Positions 1 through 14,122 of a DNA stretch of 64,000 nt are shown one piece after another (position 1 is the stretch's first letter; every line of letters begins with the position of its first letter). Location of the stretch: the NCBI GenBank assembly GCA_964016885.1, contig OZ024742.1, forward strand, positions 85,064,001 through 85,128,000, written 5' to 3'. Both the position numbers and the translations under genes were made by a program. The notes beneath the pieces are model-generated. The model was not told the origin of the DNA. It did no database searches and saw only the letters and a list, made by a program, of their open reading frames with translations. Origin of the DNA: Eledone cirrhosa (Eukaryota).

Positions 1-2942
1 CATTTAGATACAAACATTCATCACCATCCTTCAGAATTTTCTTCTTAATTCCATCGCAATTTCTGTGGCAACAATAAATTGGTTTCTTTGGCGTTCTGCG
101 AGCAGTTATGATTAAATTGAAACTTAGATACATATTAACTTAGCTTATTCCAAATAAGGGGTTATTTCATGCAGTTTTTTTTATTTAGATTATATTTGTA
201 AACGATAATTAGTTCCAGCCATACAAGTATACTGATGACTACATTGAACTTTCACATATCCGAGGTTACTTTGGAATTATAGTGGTACAATATTTGCCTT
301 CGCAAAGGAAAACTGTACGTGCATGTCTCTAACATTCTACTGTGTATAGTGGCACTGAATTTCAACCCATCACTCACGAACACAGAAGCATGTTTACTAA
401 AGATAACTTGTGTGGTTTACTTCATATATGGGTTTAATGTTAGTTATGTACTGAACGAACCCAGGAAACACGAGAAAGGGAAAATACATTGATGACAGGG
501 ATGTGAAAAAGTTCACTATATCAAGTCTTTAGATATGTGCTATGGAAAAGATATATAACTAAACAGCTATTTCTTGACTAGCACAATTTTATAAAGTCAA
601 AAATATATTTCCAAATGACATCTCAATTTTAACTTCACCATATGAACCATCATTGCTTTCAAGAAACTTCACTCTCTTGCAAGTATTGAAGTACAATTTT
701 AAGAAAACTCCCTCCGTTTAACCAACCAGGATAGATGCTCTGAAGAAAGCGTCCTCTGTGTTGCCCAATGTCCCCTGGTCACGTGAAAAGGCAAAATACA
801 TCATGTATGTATTTCGTCATTTGTCTCTCGCTTAATGCCACACAATATAACAAATATATATATAATGTCATTACGTGATACAGTCAATAACTAGCGCATG
901 TGTCTCAATTGCAAATTAGTATCAATAATACATAAGAATGTGTATCAAAATTTACAATGGTCACAATAATATTTTAATAAATGTATGCTATCCATGTTTT
1001 AAACTGTTCAATTTCTTTGCATTTACAGTATTCTATTTGCTTTTCGAATTTTAATGAGAGCACTAAACATCGTTGTGGTTATTTATTTCCAGATAAAACA
1101 TGATCAAAAATGTTCTAGCTAAACTCTTTACTTGTTTGATTTCAGATATTACATATACAGGGAATGCATTTTCTATTCTTCCGACTCATTTCAAATGCTT
1201 TAGGGTATCTAGTAGCTCAAAGTCCCGTGTAGAGGCGCATTCTCATGAACGATTGGATTATATCGCACCGGAATCGTCGATGAAAAAGTGCCTGGAATAA
1301 AGATCTTTCCAAACATTAAAGTGTAAAGAATTACAGATGAGTACACAGAACTTGTAATAAGGTGTTTAGAGTACTTCTCACTGTAGTATCATATTCCATG
1401 CTAGTGATACGAATGTTATCCTGATTGGATCCATCTATGTGTAGTGTGCTGAAAAGAAATGCCGCAGAATCAACTTCATGCTTCGTTGTAATGCCGGTAT
1501 AATTGTACTTCGAATTACATACTTTAAATAGTAGAATTGTTTAGACTTGCATAATAGAAAATCTGCAGTTAAGAAAGAAACAAATAGTAAATTACAGAGA
1601 ATGTATATTGGAGGAAGGAAATAAAATAGATTTGGAGGAATGCCAATGTACAAAATATCTGGCGCCAAATAATATTAGTTCACGTTTGAATTTCCTTTTT
1701 TGTCTAGACGTCATTTTTTTAATACAAGTTGCTACTAAATAATATTATACGCACATTTATTAAATTGGCTTCGTTACACATTCTGTTTCTTTTCCGGCTC
1801 ACTTAACCTATGTTATTACTTATTGATTTTGTAAGAAAAAAAAGAAGAAATGCAATGCTCGTTAATTTTTCCTGTATTATGTTAAGCATTTTTTTTTTAT
1901 TTTAATTTCCTCATCGGCTTCTACAATATCGAAACTTCATGTGAAATATTGGCATCTTAGATGGTCTCTTTCTTGAAATTTAATTTGCCTTCGTTTTACA
2001 TTTATTGAAACTAAACAAAGTATTTTTGTGATAAACCAGACTACAGAAAAATCTGACTTTCATTGCATTTGACTAAAACTAAGTAATCTTAGAACAATAA
2101 CACCTGCATGATACTTTCACCAACAATATTTCAGAGATCTCTATGTAATCACTGAGTTCAAAAAAGAAAACGTATCTTTTTTTTACATTAGCTGAATCAC
2201 AATTATAACTCTCAATTGATTCTTAAAGATGTTTATTTATTTTATAAATTTGTATATGTAATTTCCCAGATTGTACGAATATATCTACAACTGAGACGTA
2301 TACTGGAACATCGATTATAATTATTGTTTTCGCTTATTTCCAGGCTGAGTATTATGCAACATTGTTTCTAATTAAAAGAAACATTACACATCAAATACAA
2401 AATAACAAGGACATAATAGAATAATTTAGGCAAATATACGGTAAATACATGTTGGATTTCCCAAAGGGATTCCAAGATGTTTTCTCAGGTATAAATAATT
2501 TCCATAAGATAGTGGTAAAATTAACAGCACATTTTCTGGGCAAGAATGCAAATGATTACACTGAACAGGAAAAGGGGCGTACTAAAGCGGATTGATATTC
2601 TTTATAGGCAACATATCACAACACCAGGGCTCTCATAATCACAGCTATAACTTAAGTGTTCATCGTGTCCTTGAAACTATAATAATATGACCGTATACCG
2701 TACGTAATCTAGTTATGAAACGCATTTTGTATAGCCGATGATCCAATGTGTCTATTCTGAAATACCACCGTCAAGGCTTCTTGCATGCGTACAGCTGCGT
2801 CTTCGCCAAAGGAATACAAGACAATCTAAGAAAAAAATAGTATAAATAATAGTATATACATTCATACGTTTTATAAGTCATAGTATATACATTCATACGT
2901 TTTCAAGATTTAGAAAAGTCGGATCTGGTATTCCACCTCTGC

Positions 2943-2945
<3 letters not shown>

Positions 2946-3022
<77 letters not shown>
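2946..3022. repeat. (TC)n microsatellite
   Basis: Pure TC dinucleotide run. Confidence 0.95.
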
Positions 3023-3027
<5 letters not shown>

Positions 3028-4958
3028 CTATATTTTTCCCTCTCTCCTTGTCATTATTTGTCTCTCAACCTACTTGCCTGTGGTCTGTCTCTCTATCTGC
3101 CTGCCTACATGTCTTTTGCCAGTCTATTTGCCTGTTCCTACATATATATATCTGTCTGATTAGCTGTCTTTCTATGTGCCTGTCTCTGTGTCGGAGTAGA
3201 TGATTCTTTCGCTTTTTCAAAGACATGTATTTCAATTGCATGTAAAATTCTTGGTGTCTATAATATAATTCTACCCAAGAATTTATTATGTGATTTGAAA
3301 GCCTCCGAACAATGCTCAACTCCTTCGGTATGACGTCTTCTACGTCGGTCACTCCATGATGATGTAATGTAATACACAGTCTTTTCAATAGTTTCTAGAT
3401 TTGGTTACAAACATTGATTTACAAAAATTATATCAGTAGTTTTCAGTATTTATGTGATTTTCCGAGGCCAAGAAAACAAACTGATTTAACATGGTTACAA
3501 TGCTAATGAACTGAACACTTAATAATGATAATCCATTTGAAACAAAGATTCTAAGCAACCTAACTAGCTTCGTACGTTAGCAATATAATTGTTTGATATC
3601 TGAAATTGGCCTATGAGTTTCGTGGATACATGTGATTGGAGACTAGTGGCAGAGGAATCTCTCAACATACAGTTCAAGATGTGTTCTTAATACAGATATT
3701 TAACTTGCATTTAATCCGTAAGTTCCCCAGTATACGTATAGATATTTACCTTTCCATGGTTTCTCAATATTAAGTTTCTCTGATTTACTCCACAAATGTA
3801 ATACATTGTAACTGTAGTCCAACATCTGGTGGCGGTTCAATTTGTGCTGTGATGCAATTTATAAAATAAACGATTGCTTAGTTCTTCGATGGCACGAATT
3901 TAAACACGTTTGTCTAACTTGATTTCATTATCATTTCCTTTTGGATAAATGTCAGCAGCAAATGAAAACACATCCTATCATATTTCCCTTGAAGGCAGAG
4001 CAGAGAAGTTTAGAAATTGCTCGCTTCCTGTAATTTTTTAAAAAGTTTGTAAACAAACGGAAACCACTGAGATTCTACAGTACTAGCCTCACGTATATCG
4101 CTTGTTTGGTAACTTGAAATTTCAAGAACCTGGAATGATTTGGTATTTCTCTGATGGGGAAATCTTTGGTAAAGGACGTAAGGTCAACCGGAAGAATGAC
4201 AGGTGTTTATGCACAGAATAAAGAGATTCTAATGGTCATGAACATAAAGTTTCTGGCAAACCTATATCGCTCTTGGAGTCAGACTTAAGGGCCAAAGTTG
4301 CTGACGAGAAGGTGGCATTGGGAAGTGTTGTGAGACCTTGGATAATGCATGTGATCAGAAGAAGATCGTACACCAACTAAAATGACTGTGTCGTCTCAGG
4401 ACCAGGATGTTCCAACAATGGATCAGCCTAAATATATGTCCACATAGCTCTCCAAAACTGAGACTAATGGCGTACTTGAGAGAGGTCAATTAATGACCCC
4501 TATAATCATATAACATGTATGACTTCCACGTAAATATTATAAAGTTCAAAACATATACAGGGCATCGGATTCGGTCAAGTCAACATTCAGATCTCGAATT
4601 CATACAGTTATCAGCACTAACGGCGAATCAATTGCGAAGATGAGTCAATAAGCTTCTCAAGCATATTCGTAATTTTTATTTCAAATAAACCTCGTTTTTC
4701 ATGACTTATGTCTCTTTACTCAAAACATCTACATTTTGTCAAGTGAAGGAAAAACGTGTACCATGCTTAGATCGCGAATCCATTAAGTTATAGTGAGTAC
4801 GTATTTACCGTAGAGATAAAAAGATACCTCTCTCGTTCTTGTTGGCTTATATGACACGAATATTTTATACAGAGGAAGTCAAAATAAGAATCACTCATTT
4901 TAGTTAATATTTCATAAACTGCAGGTGCACCAGAGTTAGTGATCATGTACCTATGTAG

Positions 4959-5087
<129 letters not shown>

Positions 5088-5758
5088 ATTTGCCAATGAA
5101 GATAATCACCAAAGAGTAGGAAACAGCATAATTACCAGTATCTATACCATTCATAAAATTACTGTCTGGGTTAAAAGGTAGTAGAATATATGCTATTCAA
5201 TTTGTGAATAGAAGAGCGACAAGGAAATACAATAAATAAAACAGTTCTCCATCTTACGGTTAAATGACCTTGGAGAATTATCGTTGATAATATATATGAA
5301 TGCAATACTTGCATGAACATAAAAATCAATAATTTAAACATACGCTCATTAATTCTCATGATGTTGTACATTTGTTCTAAAATGTCTGGTGAAATGTGTC
5401 TGCACATTATAGTCAGCCAACACAAGAAGTAAAAAATAAACATTGATGAATAACATTGGTACATCAATTTAACAACGAGTACAATACTATGTTTTGATAT
5501 TTTATGGATTAAATATATTATAAATATGTCTTGCAATGGATTTCATTATTCAATTCATTATGTAGTGTATTTATCAGAAAGTAAAGGTTTCAATTTACGA
5601 AATTAAATTTGTAATATTAAATCGAAAATGCCTTTTTCATTAAAGGGAATCTGGAAGCCACAAACCTGATTTTAATCTAATGCACCACAATAGCTATGAA
5701 TAATCTGAATGAAGCCAGCTTTCAGATTTTGTAAATTTCTGGTTAGTAATAATTTACA

Positions 5759-5878
5759 TTCTTCTTCTTCTTCTTCTTCTTCTTCTTCTTCTTCTTCTTC
5801 TTCTTCTTCTTCTTCTTCTTCTTCTTCTTCTTCTTCTTCTTCTTCTTCTTCTTCTTCTTCTTCTTCTTCTTCTTCTTC
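5759..5878. repeat. (TTC)n microsatellite
   Basis: Pure TTC run; source of the poly-S, poly-E and poly-K ORFs. Confidence 0.95.
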
Positions 5879-6399
5879 ATCTCCATTACATATTTCTGGT
5901 AGGGTGGGGTGCGCAGCCTCCTCAAACACGCCTACCAGTGGTTTGGATCAGAAGCAGCCGTCTCCAATGGATACGACCGGATTACTAAGAACTATCAACT
6001 TAGCTCATGGATATATACCAACAATCATTCTCGTGCTCTACCTTTGGTTTTTCCTGCCGGCTGGTTTTGCCTGTAACATCTGTCCAGCGATTCACTCATT
6101 AGACATTCTAATCATGTCTCCATTATTGGAGCTTTCAATCACATATTCACAGACGAAACTACTCCCTAATCGCTTATCTATGCTTAATATTAAGTAAAGT
6201 TACTATGGAACTCTACTGTGAAGTCCCAATTCGGTCGGATGTACTTGTGATCGTATTCCATCGAACATTACCAAATTTCATGACCATAGGTACATGTAGC
6301 TAAAAGAAAATGAAAAATAACGACTTCGGCTATATATCGCCCTCCCGTCTTTTGAAGTGCGAATGATAAATCTGCTGCATTACTGCAACAGAACCTACC

Positions 6400-6830
6400 A
6401 TTCCTGCATCAGCTACATGGATTCCGTGACTCTTCAAAACAAGCCCCATATATTTGCACCTCTCTACATCCTTCAGTGGAGTTCCACTCATATGCACAAT
6501 ACAGCGGGCAGGCTGTACTGAATGGACAAGACTTTCCGTTTTCGCAGAATTGATTTAGATTTTTGGCGTTCAGCTCTTCGACAGTACACGTTAAAGATCA
6601 CCTTCCCTCGAATTAAGTAGAAACATGTCATCTGCAAATTCCGGTCTGACGAAAATGTGACTGGTGCGATAAGAACCCCAAAACTGCAGCATGGTCAGAG
6701 GCAAAGAAATCAATCATACAGCAGCGTCCTTTGCGTAAGTAATAAGAAAGGTGCTGAAGCTTTAAGTACAGAGGAATCATTGAAAAATCTATTGCAACCT
6801 CCATCAAATATAGTGATATTTACCGATGTG
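6400..6830 (+). pseudogene. Highly decayed I-group (Ingi/Nimb-like) LINE fragment
   Basis: Peptide remnants SPIYLH (APE-like), TGAIRTP (post-RT motif) and SNKKGAEAL...NIVIFTD (RNase H-like). Judged by eye only. Confidence 0.3.
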
Positions 6831-6914
6831 CCAGCGACATGTCCTGGGAAGCGTTGGATGGACGTACGATCCAACATCAAGCAGTCCCTGAACATGGCTG
6901 GCATACTGTGATAC

Positions 6915-8159
6915 TCATTTCAGGTTGTTGTTGTGCTTATTCATTAATCTTCTTTTTAACTGTCTCTTTAGTGCCTGACTATTATGATCAATATCTTGCT
7001 CCCATATTCCTCTCCAGAATGCCTTAGACTGTTTAGCATCAGGGAATACATCGTTACCTCTTTCTTTTCCTTCCAGCTGTTCAAATAACATCTTCTGGTT
7101 GTTGTCAAACATGTGGTTATGTCTATACTTACTAACTCTGTTCTCATATCACTTAATCGGTTTGCCGTTTGCTAGAATGCATTGCTTAAGTTCCTTTATG
7201 ATAACATTTCGCTCTTTTCCCTTAGTGTTGTATTTTATTTTCAATCTATGTTTAGTGTTTATATTTTATAATGTCATATTTAGTAAACACTCAAGCTTTC
7301 CAATATATTTTCTCATTTTTTGTTTCTTCCACCAAGGCCCTATTTTTTATTGTTTGTTGTTTCCTCTTGTTTTAATACAAAGCAATTTCCTCACCACATT
7401 TGCGGTTGCTTTGAAGATGGTGTTGCATCGATGAATGTTCTTCGCCTCAGGATATGGGATGAACCTGTTCACCTTAGCTGTCGTTTCTTCTAACTTTTTC
7501 CTGTCTACAAATCTTAGGTTCATAGGTTTTCCACTATCATTATAAATTTCATCTGCCACTAATTTCAGAATATCAATCTGTGTTGCAGAAGTTATTTATT
7601 TCAGAATTCAGGTCATTGTCTTCTCGGGTTGCTTCCTCAGGTCTCCAAACCTCTTCACCCTCATTACCCACTGGCTCATTTGCCTGATATACTCCACTCT
7701 CCATTTCCAACTCCATCTCTCTGCTCATGTTCTCCAGTTCCAACTCGCTTATCTATCCATTGGTTCTTATTACAAGAGCCTGACTCGCCAATCTGTGTGC
7801 ACCTTATTTAAATAGACCACCTTATTCCAGATTTTATGCATCGGTTTCCTATAGCCGTTTTCCATGGGGTCACCCTTCAGGTAACATCTCGTGACAATTC
7901 TATTCGATTCTTTCGTCCAATTGGTTCTTACCCAATTCCTTCTTCTTCCTCCAAACACAGCAGTATTTGGAGGATAGCCAGGTCCTTGCTGCTAAGCCAG
8001 GGAGCATTTGCTGGCTGATAGTCTTTGACGTAAAGTTCCAGTCGCCTTTTCACCGTTATTCGAATTATTTAAGTTCGACATTTAAACACTTATATCGAGG
8101 ATTGGTGAATTTAAGTTTGCACCAACACCAGTGCTTTTAGCGTGACGTCATCACGTTTC
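6915..8159 (-). mobile_element. R4/Dong-type non-LTR retrotransposon, 5' portion (decayed)
   Basis: Minus-strand peptides RTNWTKESNRIVTRCYLKGDPMENGYRKPMHKIW and MFDNNQKMLFEQL...PDAKQSKAFWRGIW resemble Dong/R4 N-terminal regions; the 5' end abuts (TAA)n at 8160. Confidence 0.7.
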
Positions 8160-8180
8160 ATTATTATTATTATTATTATT
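8160..8180. repeat. (ATT)n microsatellite, insertion-site remnant
   Basis: Sits exactly between the Dong 5' end and the Tx1 copy A 5' end. Confidence 0.9.
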
Positions 8181-11100
8181 GGCGACCTACGTAGTAAATC
8201 GTATCATCGTGAGCTCAGCAAAGGTTTGTTATTTTCAGTTGTTTAAAATTGCCATTTATGGAAAATTTTTATTGTTAACTGTATATAAGTGCACATACAT
8301 TGATTTCTGAAAAGGACACTCAAAAAGATTGGGGCCTTGAGCCCAAAATTTAAACTTTTTATAATTATCAAACAAACATTTTTCTTTGAAAAATCATGGA
8401 TGACTCAGAGTCACTCCTTCCTCACAATCTAACACCTCACACCGACACCACCATTGTAAATATTGCTACGTTTGCCAACACTGGAAATGTAAGCAGTAGC
8501 AATATTTTAAATTTGTATCAGGCAGACGTTCATTTACCGCCATTACCAATGACTGCAGGTGTTAAAACCGCCACCCCCACCAGCACCACAGCGACGACAG
8601 AAACAAAAGAAGAAAAAATTAACTCGTGATATCGAAATGAATTCAACCAAAATGAACTCTTCCACACCGAACACCATTGACGCCACCACCACCACCACAA
8701 CTGAAACTAAAATTAATAATAGCAAAAATAACGATAACAACAACAGCAACAATGAAATTAAGAAAACTACCCTGAGTTTTGCTAGAGTAGCAAAAACGTG
8801 CGAAGCGATCCAGGTAACTCAAGAGGAATTAGAAGAGGCCAAAGGAATGGTAAAGAAAGATGGGTACAGGGTCAGCATCACCCCCCCCTAATAAAATGGA
8901 GAAACGTAGCCTATGCACCGTGTCTTATCGGACAATTAACATAAAATCGCGCCGAGTGGAACGGGCATCCGAGTCCCAAACCCAAAAGCTTTGGGACATG
9001 TGTGGGCAAAAAAAAACCCACATCAGACGTGGGCAGAAATATGGAACCGTGGACGTGTTATTTTAAACACCACAGGAGGCCAGAGAACATTCCATGGCCC
9101 CATTAAGAAGTGACGACTTCACACACGTCCCAAGCTATTGTGGCCAGAGACTTGTGAAGATCAGGGTGACCCACGTTCCACCGGCCATCGAAATTCCCTG
9201 GCTAGTGGCTGCCGTCCTCGCCGGCATTGAGGCCAACACCAAGATAATTGAAATAGCGAAAGAAAAGCAGGAGAACTGGTCCGGATCTAGGATGGAGCTC
9301 CTGGTCCAAGCGGACCATAAAAGCATTGAGGAGATCCCAGAGGTAATAGACCTCACTGACGGCAGCCACCTCACCGTAATCGTCGAGGACAGAAGACCCA
9401 GGTGTGTCGTTTGTGTTGAAGGAATCCACCTAAGGGCTTTCTGCCCTCAGGCTAAAAGTATGAGGCCACCTCTCTTACCCAACCATCAACACCACCAGCA
9501 GCAGAAATGGCAGCAACAACTGTAGCAGCAACAACAGAAGCAACTGTAACAGCAACAACCCCAGCAACAGTAGCAAAACCAACACCACCACCACCCAACG
9601 CGCCAGAACTAGCGCCAGCACCTACACCATCCACCACGCCACAACCCAAACCAACGCCTGTGGAGGATTTTCCACTCCCCGGCTTATCGCAACTGGAGAC
9701 AGATTGTCACGACGAGGAGTGGGAAACGGTAACAGGAAAAAAGAAAAAAAGAAACCAAATAAAAAAAATTCTCTTCCCTCCCCCTCCAAAAACAAAATAC
9801 AGATGGAAACAAATAAACTATCAAACAAAAAAGTTAGGACAGATATGCCACCATCCACACCAGCCTCACCAACTCCATCACCACAAACACCAACACCATC
9901 ACCATCATTAACCCCAACACCACCATCACCAACACCACAAAAGTCACCAAAAAGCGAAGCAGAAACAAACCCACAACAAACGCAAACAAAACAAAAGAAC
10001 CAAAACGATACACACTACACAGCATTAAATTTGAACAACAACCAATTATTACACTACATGCAAGACAACACCAGCATCACAGAAAAAGACTACACAGCAA
10101 CCCAAAAGTTCACACCACATCCACACATACAAATCGCTCGCATCACACAGAAAACGTACACGACATTAACACAAAAATTCCTCAAAAGCATCGGAGACTT
10201 CCGACAAACACTCTCCAGGAAGATTTATAAGGACACCCTTCCATAGGAGGCCACAAGCAGTGAAAAGTTTGGAAAACCATCCTTCCTCTACGAGAAGTTA
10301 TGTAAGTGGTCTTTCCCATCTTTTCCACTCCATTTCAACATGACCTCACTCAGAATAGGCAGCATAAATGCGCGTGGCTTGGGGCGTCATGGAAGCAGGG
10401 CCACCTGCTCAACGACCTCAGGTCACTAAACATAGATGTAATGGCCATCAGCGAGACCAGAATCTCCGAAGCACGGGCCTTCGCACCGATCTTCGGCGGC
10501 TACGATGTGTATCTCCCAGCCGTCCGGGATCGGGGGGGGGGGGATTTGCTGTGCTTTTTCGGAGAGGTTTGGATCTCGCCATACGGGCCATCTTTCTGGA
10601 CCCAGAAGGTAAGTTAGTATTGCTGGACGTGACAAGCGGAGAGCGGCAAACTTTCAGGCTAGTGGCCTTCTATGCCCCGACAGGAACAGGGCGGCCTAAT
10701 TTTTTCCGGCGTCTGGAGAACTTTCTTGGAACGTCCCGCTCTTTAGTGTTAGTGGGCACTGGAACGGGATCTTAGATGCACCCTGGGACTATGTGGGATT
10801 AGCGGATAGGGGAGGAGGGTGCAAGAGCCTCACCAACCTGCTCAGGCGTTTTGAACTGTCTGACAGGTACCGATTGGATTTCCCGCATGTGCCAATGTGG
10901 ACTTAAACAAATCGCATAGGGTCATCCAGATCATATCTCGATAGAGTATTTTGTAGAGAAATAGATAGTTCTAGCATAGGCTGTCCACAATTCAAGATAG
11001 TCAGCTACACGAACCACAAATTCGTGATCTGTGTGCTTGACTTAGATAGGCTTCATAGACGAGGACCCGGCTACCGGAAGCTAAACGCGTCCTTACCAGC

Positions 11101-11447
11101 GCGCAAGGCCTACAGAGCCTGGATTAGCGAACTAGTTAAGCAGGCGTTGACGGGGGCCTACCGTCAACAACAAGTGGTGGTTTGCTCTGAAAAGAGCAAT
11201 TAGAATAGAGTCCATTAGGTTTAGTAAGGCTTTAGCAATAGAGAAAAATAGAGCAGAGGGAGAATTAGTCCGAAAATTAGACGAGCCGATTAGCAAAGGC
11301 ATCGCGACCGACGTACTTGCGACGAAATTGGCCCTTGACCAATTCTTCAATGCAAGGCACAAAGGCTGCGTTGTCAGAGCTAGGATGCGTACTCCCAGAC
11401 ACAAGGGGAGGAAAGCCGTTCAATGGGCCCGAGTGGCGGAGGCGCAC
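8181..11447 (+). mobile_element. Tx1-type retrotransposon copy A (frameshifted ORF1 from ATG 8396; ORF2 from ATG 10340, 3'-truncated)
   Basis: ORF1 pieces are homologous to copy B ORF1 (LSFARVAK...EELEEAK, CTVSYRT, CVVCVEGIHLRAFC). 10302-11445 is nearly identical to 16135-17281. Several frameshifts and stops. Confidence 0.9.
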
Positions 11448-13779
11448 ATGCATCTTTATGTGATTTGACTTGTGATGTACTTATAATGACAGAATATATT
11501 GACAGAATCTTCCTTAGTATATGGGCAGTTCCCATTAGTACTATCTTTCATATTTCTCCTATATGCGGGTTTCTTGGGATTTGAGATAAGTAATTATTAG
11601 ACCCCCTAGGTATCATTCCGAGAGCGCCTACAACCATTGGCATCGTTTTAGTTCTCAATTTCCACATTTTTCCAAGTTCATCTCCAGGTCCTTATACTTG
11701 CTAAATTTTTCAAATGTTTTTATAGATACATTCTTGTCTATTGGAACGGACATATCAATTAGCAGGCATATCCTCTTTTTAAGTCCTTCAGTATTATATC
11801 AGGTCTATTTGCATCTATTTTTCGGTCTGTTTGGATGCTAAAGTTCCACAAGATTGAGATGTGATCTTTTTCAAGTACTGGAGACGGTTGATGCACCCAC
11901 CAATTCTTTTGATGGGGCAGGTCAAAATGCTTACACATTATCCAATGTATGTATTGTGCAGCTCTGGCGTGCCTGTTTAGGTATCCTGTTGGAGCTATAG
12001 GACTGCACATTGAAATTATATGATCAATGGTCTCTGGTTATTTTTTACATACACCGCATAATGGGTTATATCCATTTTTTATTATGTTGGCTTGGTAATT
12101 TTTGTTGGCAGACACTAATCTTGTGCTGATATAATTAGTCCTTGAGTCTTCGATTTCAGTCCAGAGGATGCCAACCACTGATGTGTTAAAGTTTTGTCAA
12201 CATCAGGATTGTTAGCTTTTTCTGGGTATTTTCCATACAGAGGCTTTTCTTGCCATTTCTTAACCAGTTTCTGTAGCAGTTCTTTCTTTGCAGTTACTTT
12301 TACCTGCTTTGCCTTTTATGTGTTTTTCATTTCAGCAGTAAATGGGACTTCTGTAATGTGTTGTCCGTTACTGTATCTTTGTGCATCTTTTGTAATGGAG
12401 TATGATCTTTTGATGCTTTCGTGTTTCAAAACGAGTTTGATCATCCAATCATGTGATTCTCTTAGATATGTATATAATCCAATTGTTGCAGTTTTCAACG
12501 CAATATCTAACTGGATTAACCCACGTCCTCCTTATTTCCTAGGGAGATATATTCCTTAGGGTGATGCATTCTGTGCATGGTTAAGAATTTTTAATATTTG
12601 TATCGAGCCTAAGGACTTCTGTGCTTGACCAGTTGATGACATTGTAACTGTAGGTTACTACAGGTATGGCAAGCGTGTTTATGGCATGGATCCTATTCCT
12701 TGCATTCAATTCCGTTCTTAAGATTGCTCTTACTCTGCGGTAACATTCCTTCCTTATTCCTTCCCTCATTGTCGAGTGCTTGATTCCGTCTCCTTCACAA
12801 ACACCTAGATATTGTAAGTTTCCTCTTGATCAGGTTCTCCTATCACATTCCCCCGATCAAGATTAATGTCTGAACTTTTCAGCAGCTTACCTCTGGTGAA
12901 CGTTGCTTTAGCGCATTTATCTAGTCCAAACTCCATTTTAATGTCATCACTGAACTGCTCCCCAGTGGATAATAGCCCTTGAGATTGTTCATCATTTTTT
13001 GCAAATAGTTTCAGGTCATCCATGTAGAACAAATTATTAATGGTTTTGCCATAGACTGTATATCAATGTTTTGTTTCATTGAGCATCTTACTTAATGGTA
13101 TAAGTGCGATGCAGAATAAAAGCGATGATAAAGAGTCACCCTGAAAAATTCCACAATTAATATTAACTTTTCCAGCTTGCAGTGATTTTTTTTCACTATT
13201 CAAAAGGACTGTGGTTTTCCATGTCGTCATACTGAATGACAGGAACCTCCTGACAACGGGAGATATTTTGAAAATCTCTAAACATTTTTCAATCCAACTG
13301 TGTGGCAAACTATCGAATGCTTTTTTGTAATCTATCCAAGCAATTGATAGATCTTTTTGTCTAATATGACAATCTTCCAATATCATTTTGTTAACCAAAA
13401 GCTGATCCTTACAGCCATATGAGCCTCGTTTACACCCTTTCTGATCATTGGGAAATAGGACATTTGTTATCAGGTGGTCATATGTATATTCAGTTAGGAC
13501 TGACGTTAACATGTTATACATTGTGGTCAAGCAAGTTATCGGTCTGTAATTTTTGGAATTGTTTGTCTCAGCATTCTTCGGATGTAGGAATGTAATGCCG
13601 TTAACTAGCCATTATGGTATATTTTCTGGCTCCTTAACTATTTCATTGTAAAGTTGGGCTAACAGCTCATGAGACTCTGTGAAGGCATTTATCCAAAAAT
13701 TTTGTATTTTGTCTTTTCCTGGGGATTTCCATTTGCTGGTTTCTCTTAGAGCCAAGCGCAACTGTTCAACTGTCATATT
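11445..13779 (-). mobile_element. R4/Dong-type retrotransposon, 5'-truncated and decayed (RT, CCHC, restriction-like endonuclease)
   Basis: Minus-strand motifs WIDYKKAFDS, GIFQGDSLS, FYMDDLKL, YLPRK-GGRGL, ILWNFSIQTDRKIDANRPDII (PD..D-type RLE). The 3' region matches 20019-20220. Confidence 0.88.
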
Positions 13780-13820
13780 TTCTTCTTCTTCTTCTTCTTC
13801 TTCTTATTATTATTATTATT
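13780..13820. repeat. (TTC)n-(TTA)n compound microsatellite
   Basis: Directly 5' of Tx1 copy B. Confidence 0.9.
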
Positions 13821-14122
13821 GAATGCCATGGTTGACGGAGGCTCGGCTCTGTAAGGTATAGTAATTTTTAACCGTTAAAACAATTGTAAATTGTTTAAAA
13901 CTTGAACCAAATTGTTGATAAAGACACACTCCTCCTCGTGAGAGGGGTCTTTCTGTCCGTTATTTGGCCCTTCGGGGTTAAATAACCAGTTATTGGGGTT
14001 TTGTACCCAAAATTTCATTTTAAACAAAAAAACAACATGGCTACGAAAAAAAAAAATTTCATACGTCACTCCCACTCATTCCGTCTTCTTCTTCCTCAAT
14101 CATCACTACAGCAGAGAGAAGA

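Noticed and set aside
1-4780. Possible host exons (TTTCCAG acceptors) and weak GIY-YIG-like peptides near 1440-1680
   Set aside because: No coherent reading frames or exon chain; too degenerate to call without a search.
5672-6197. Poly-E, poly-S and poly-K ORFs
   Set aside because: Three readings of one (TTC)n tract; no domain content.
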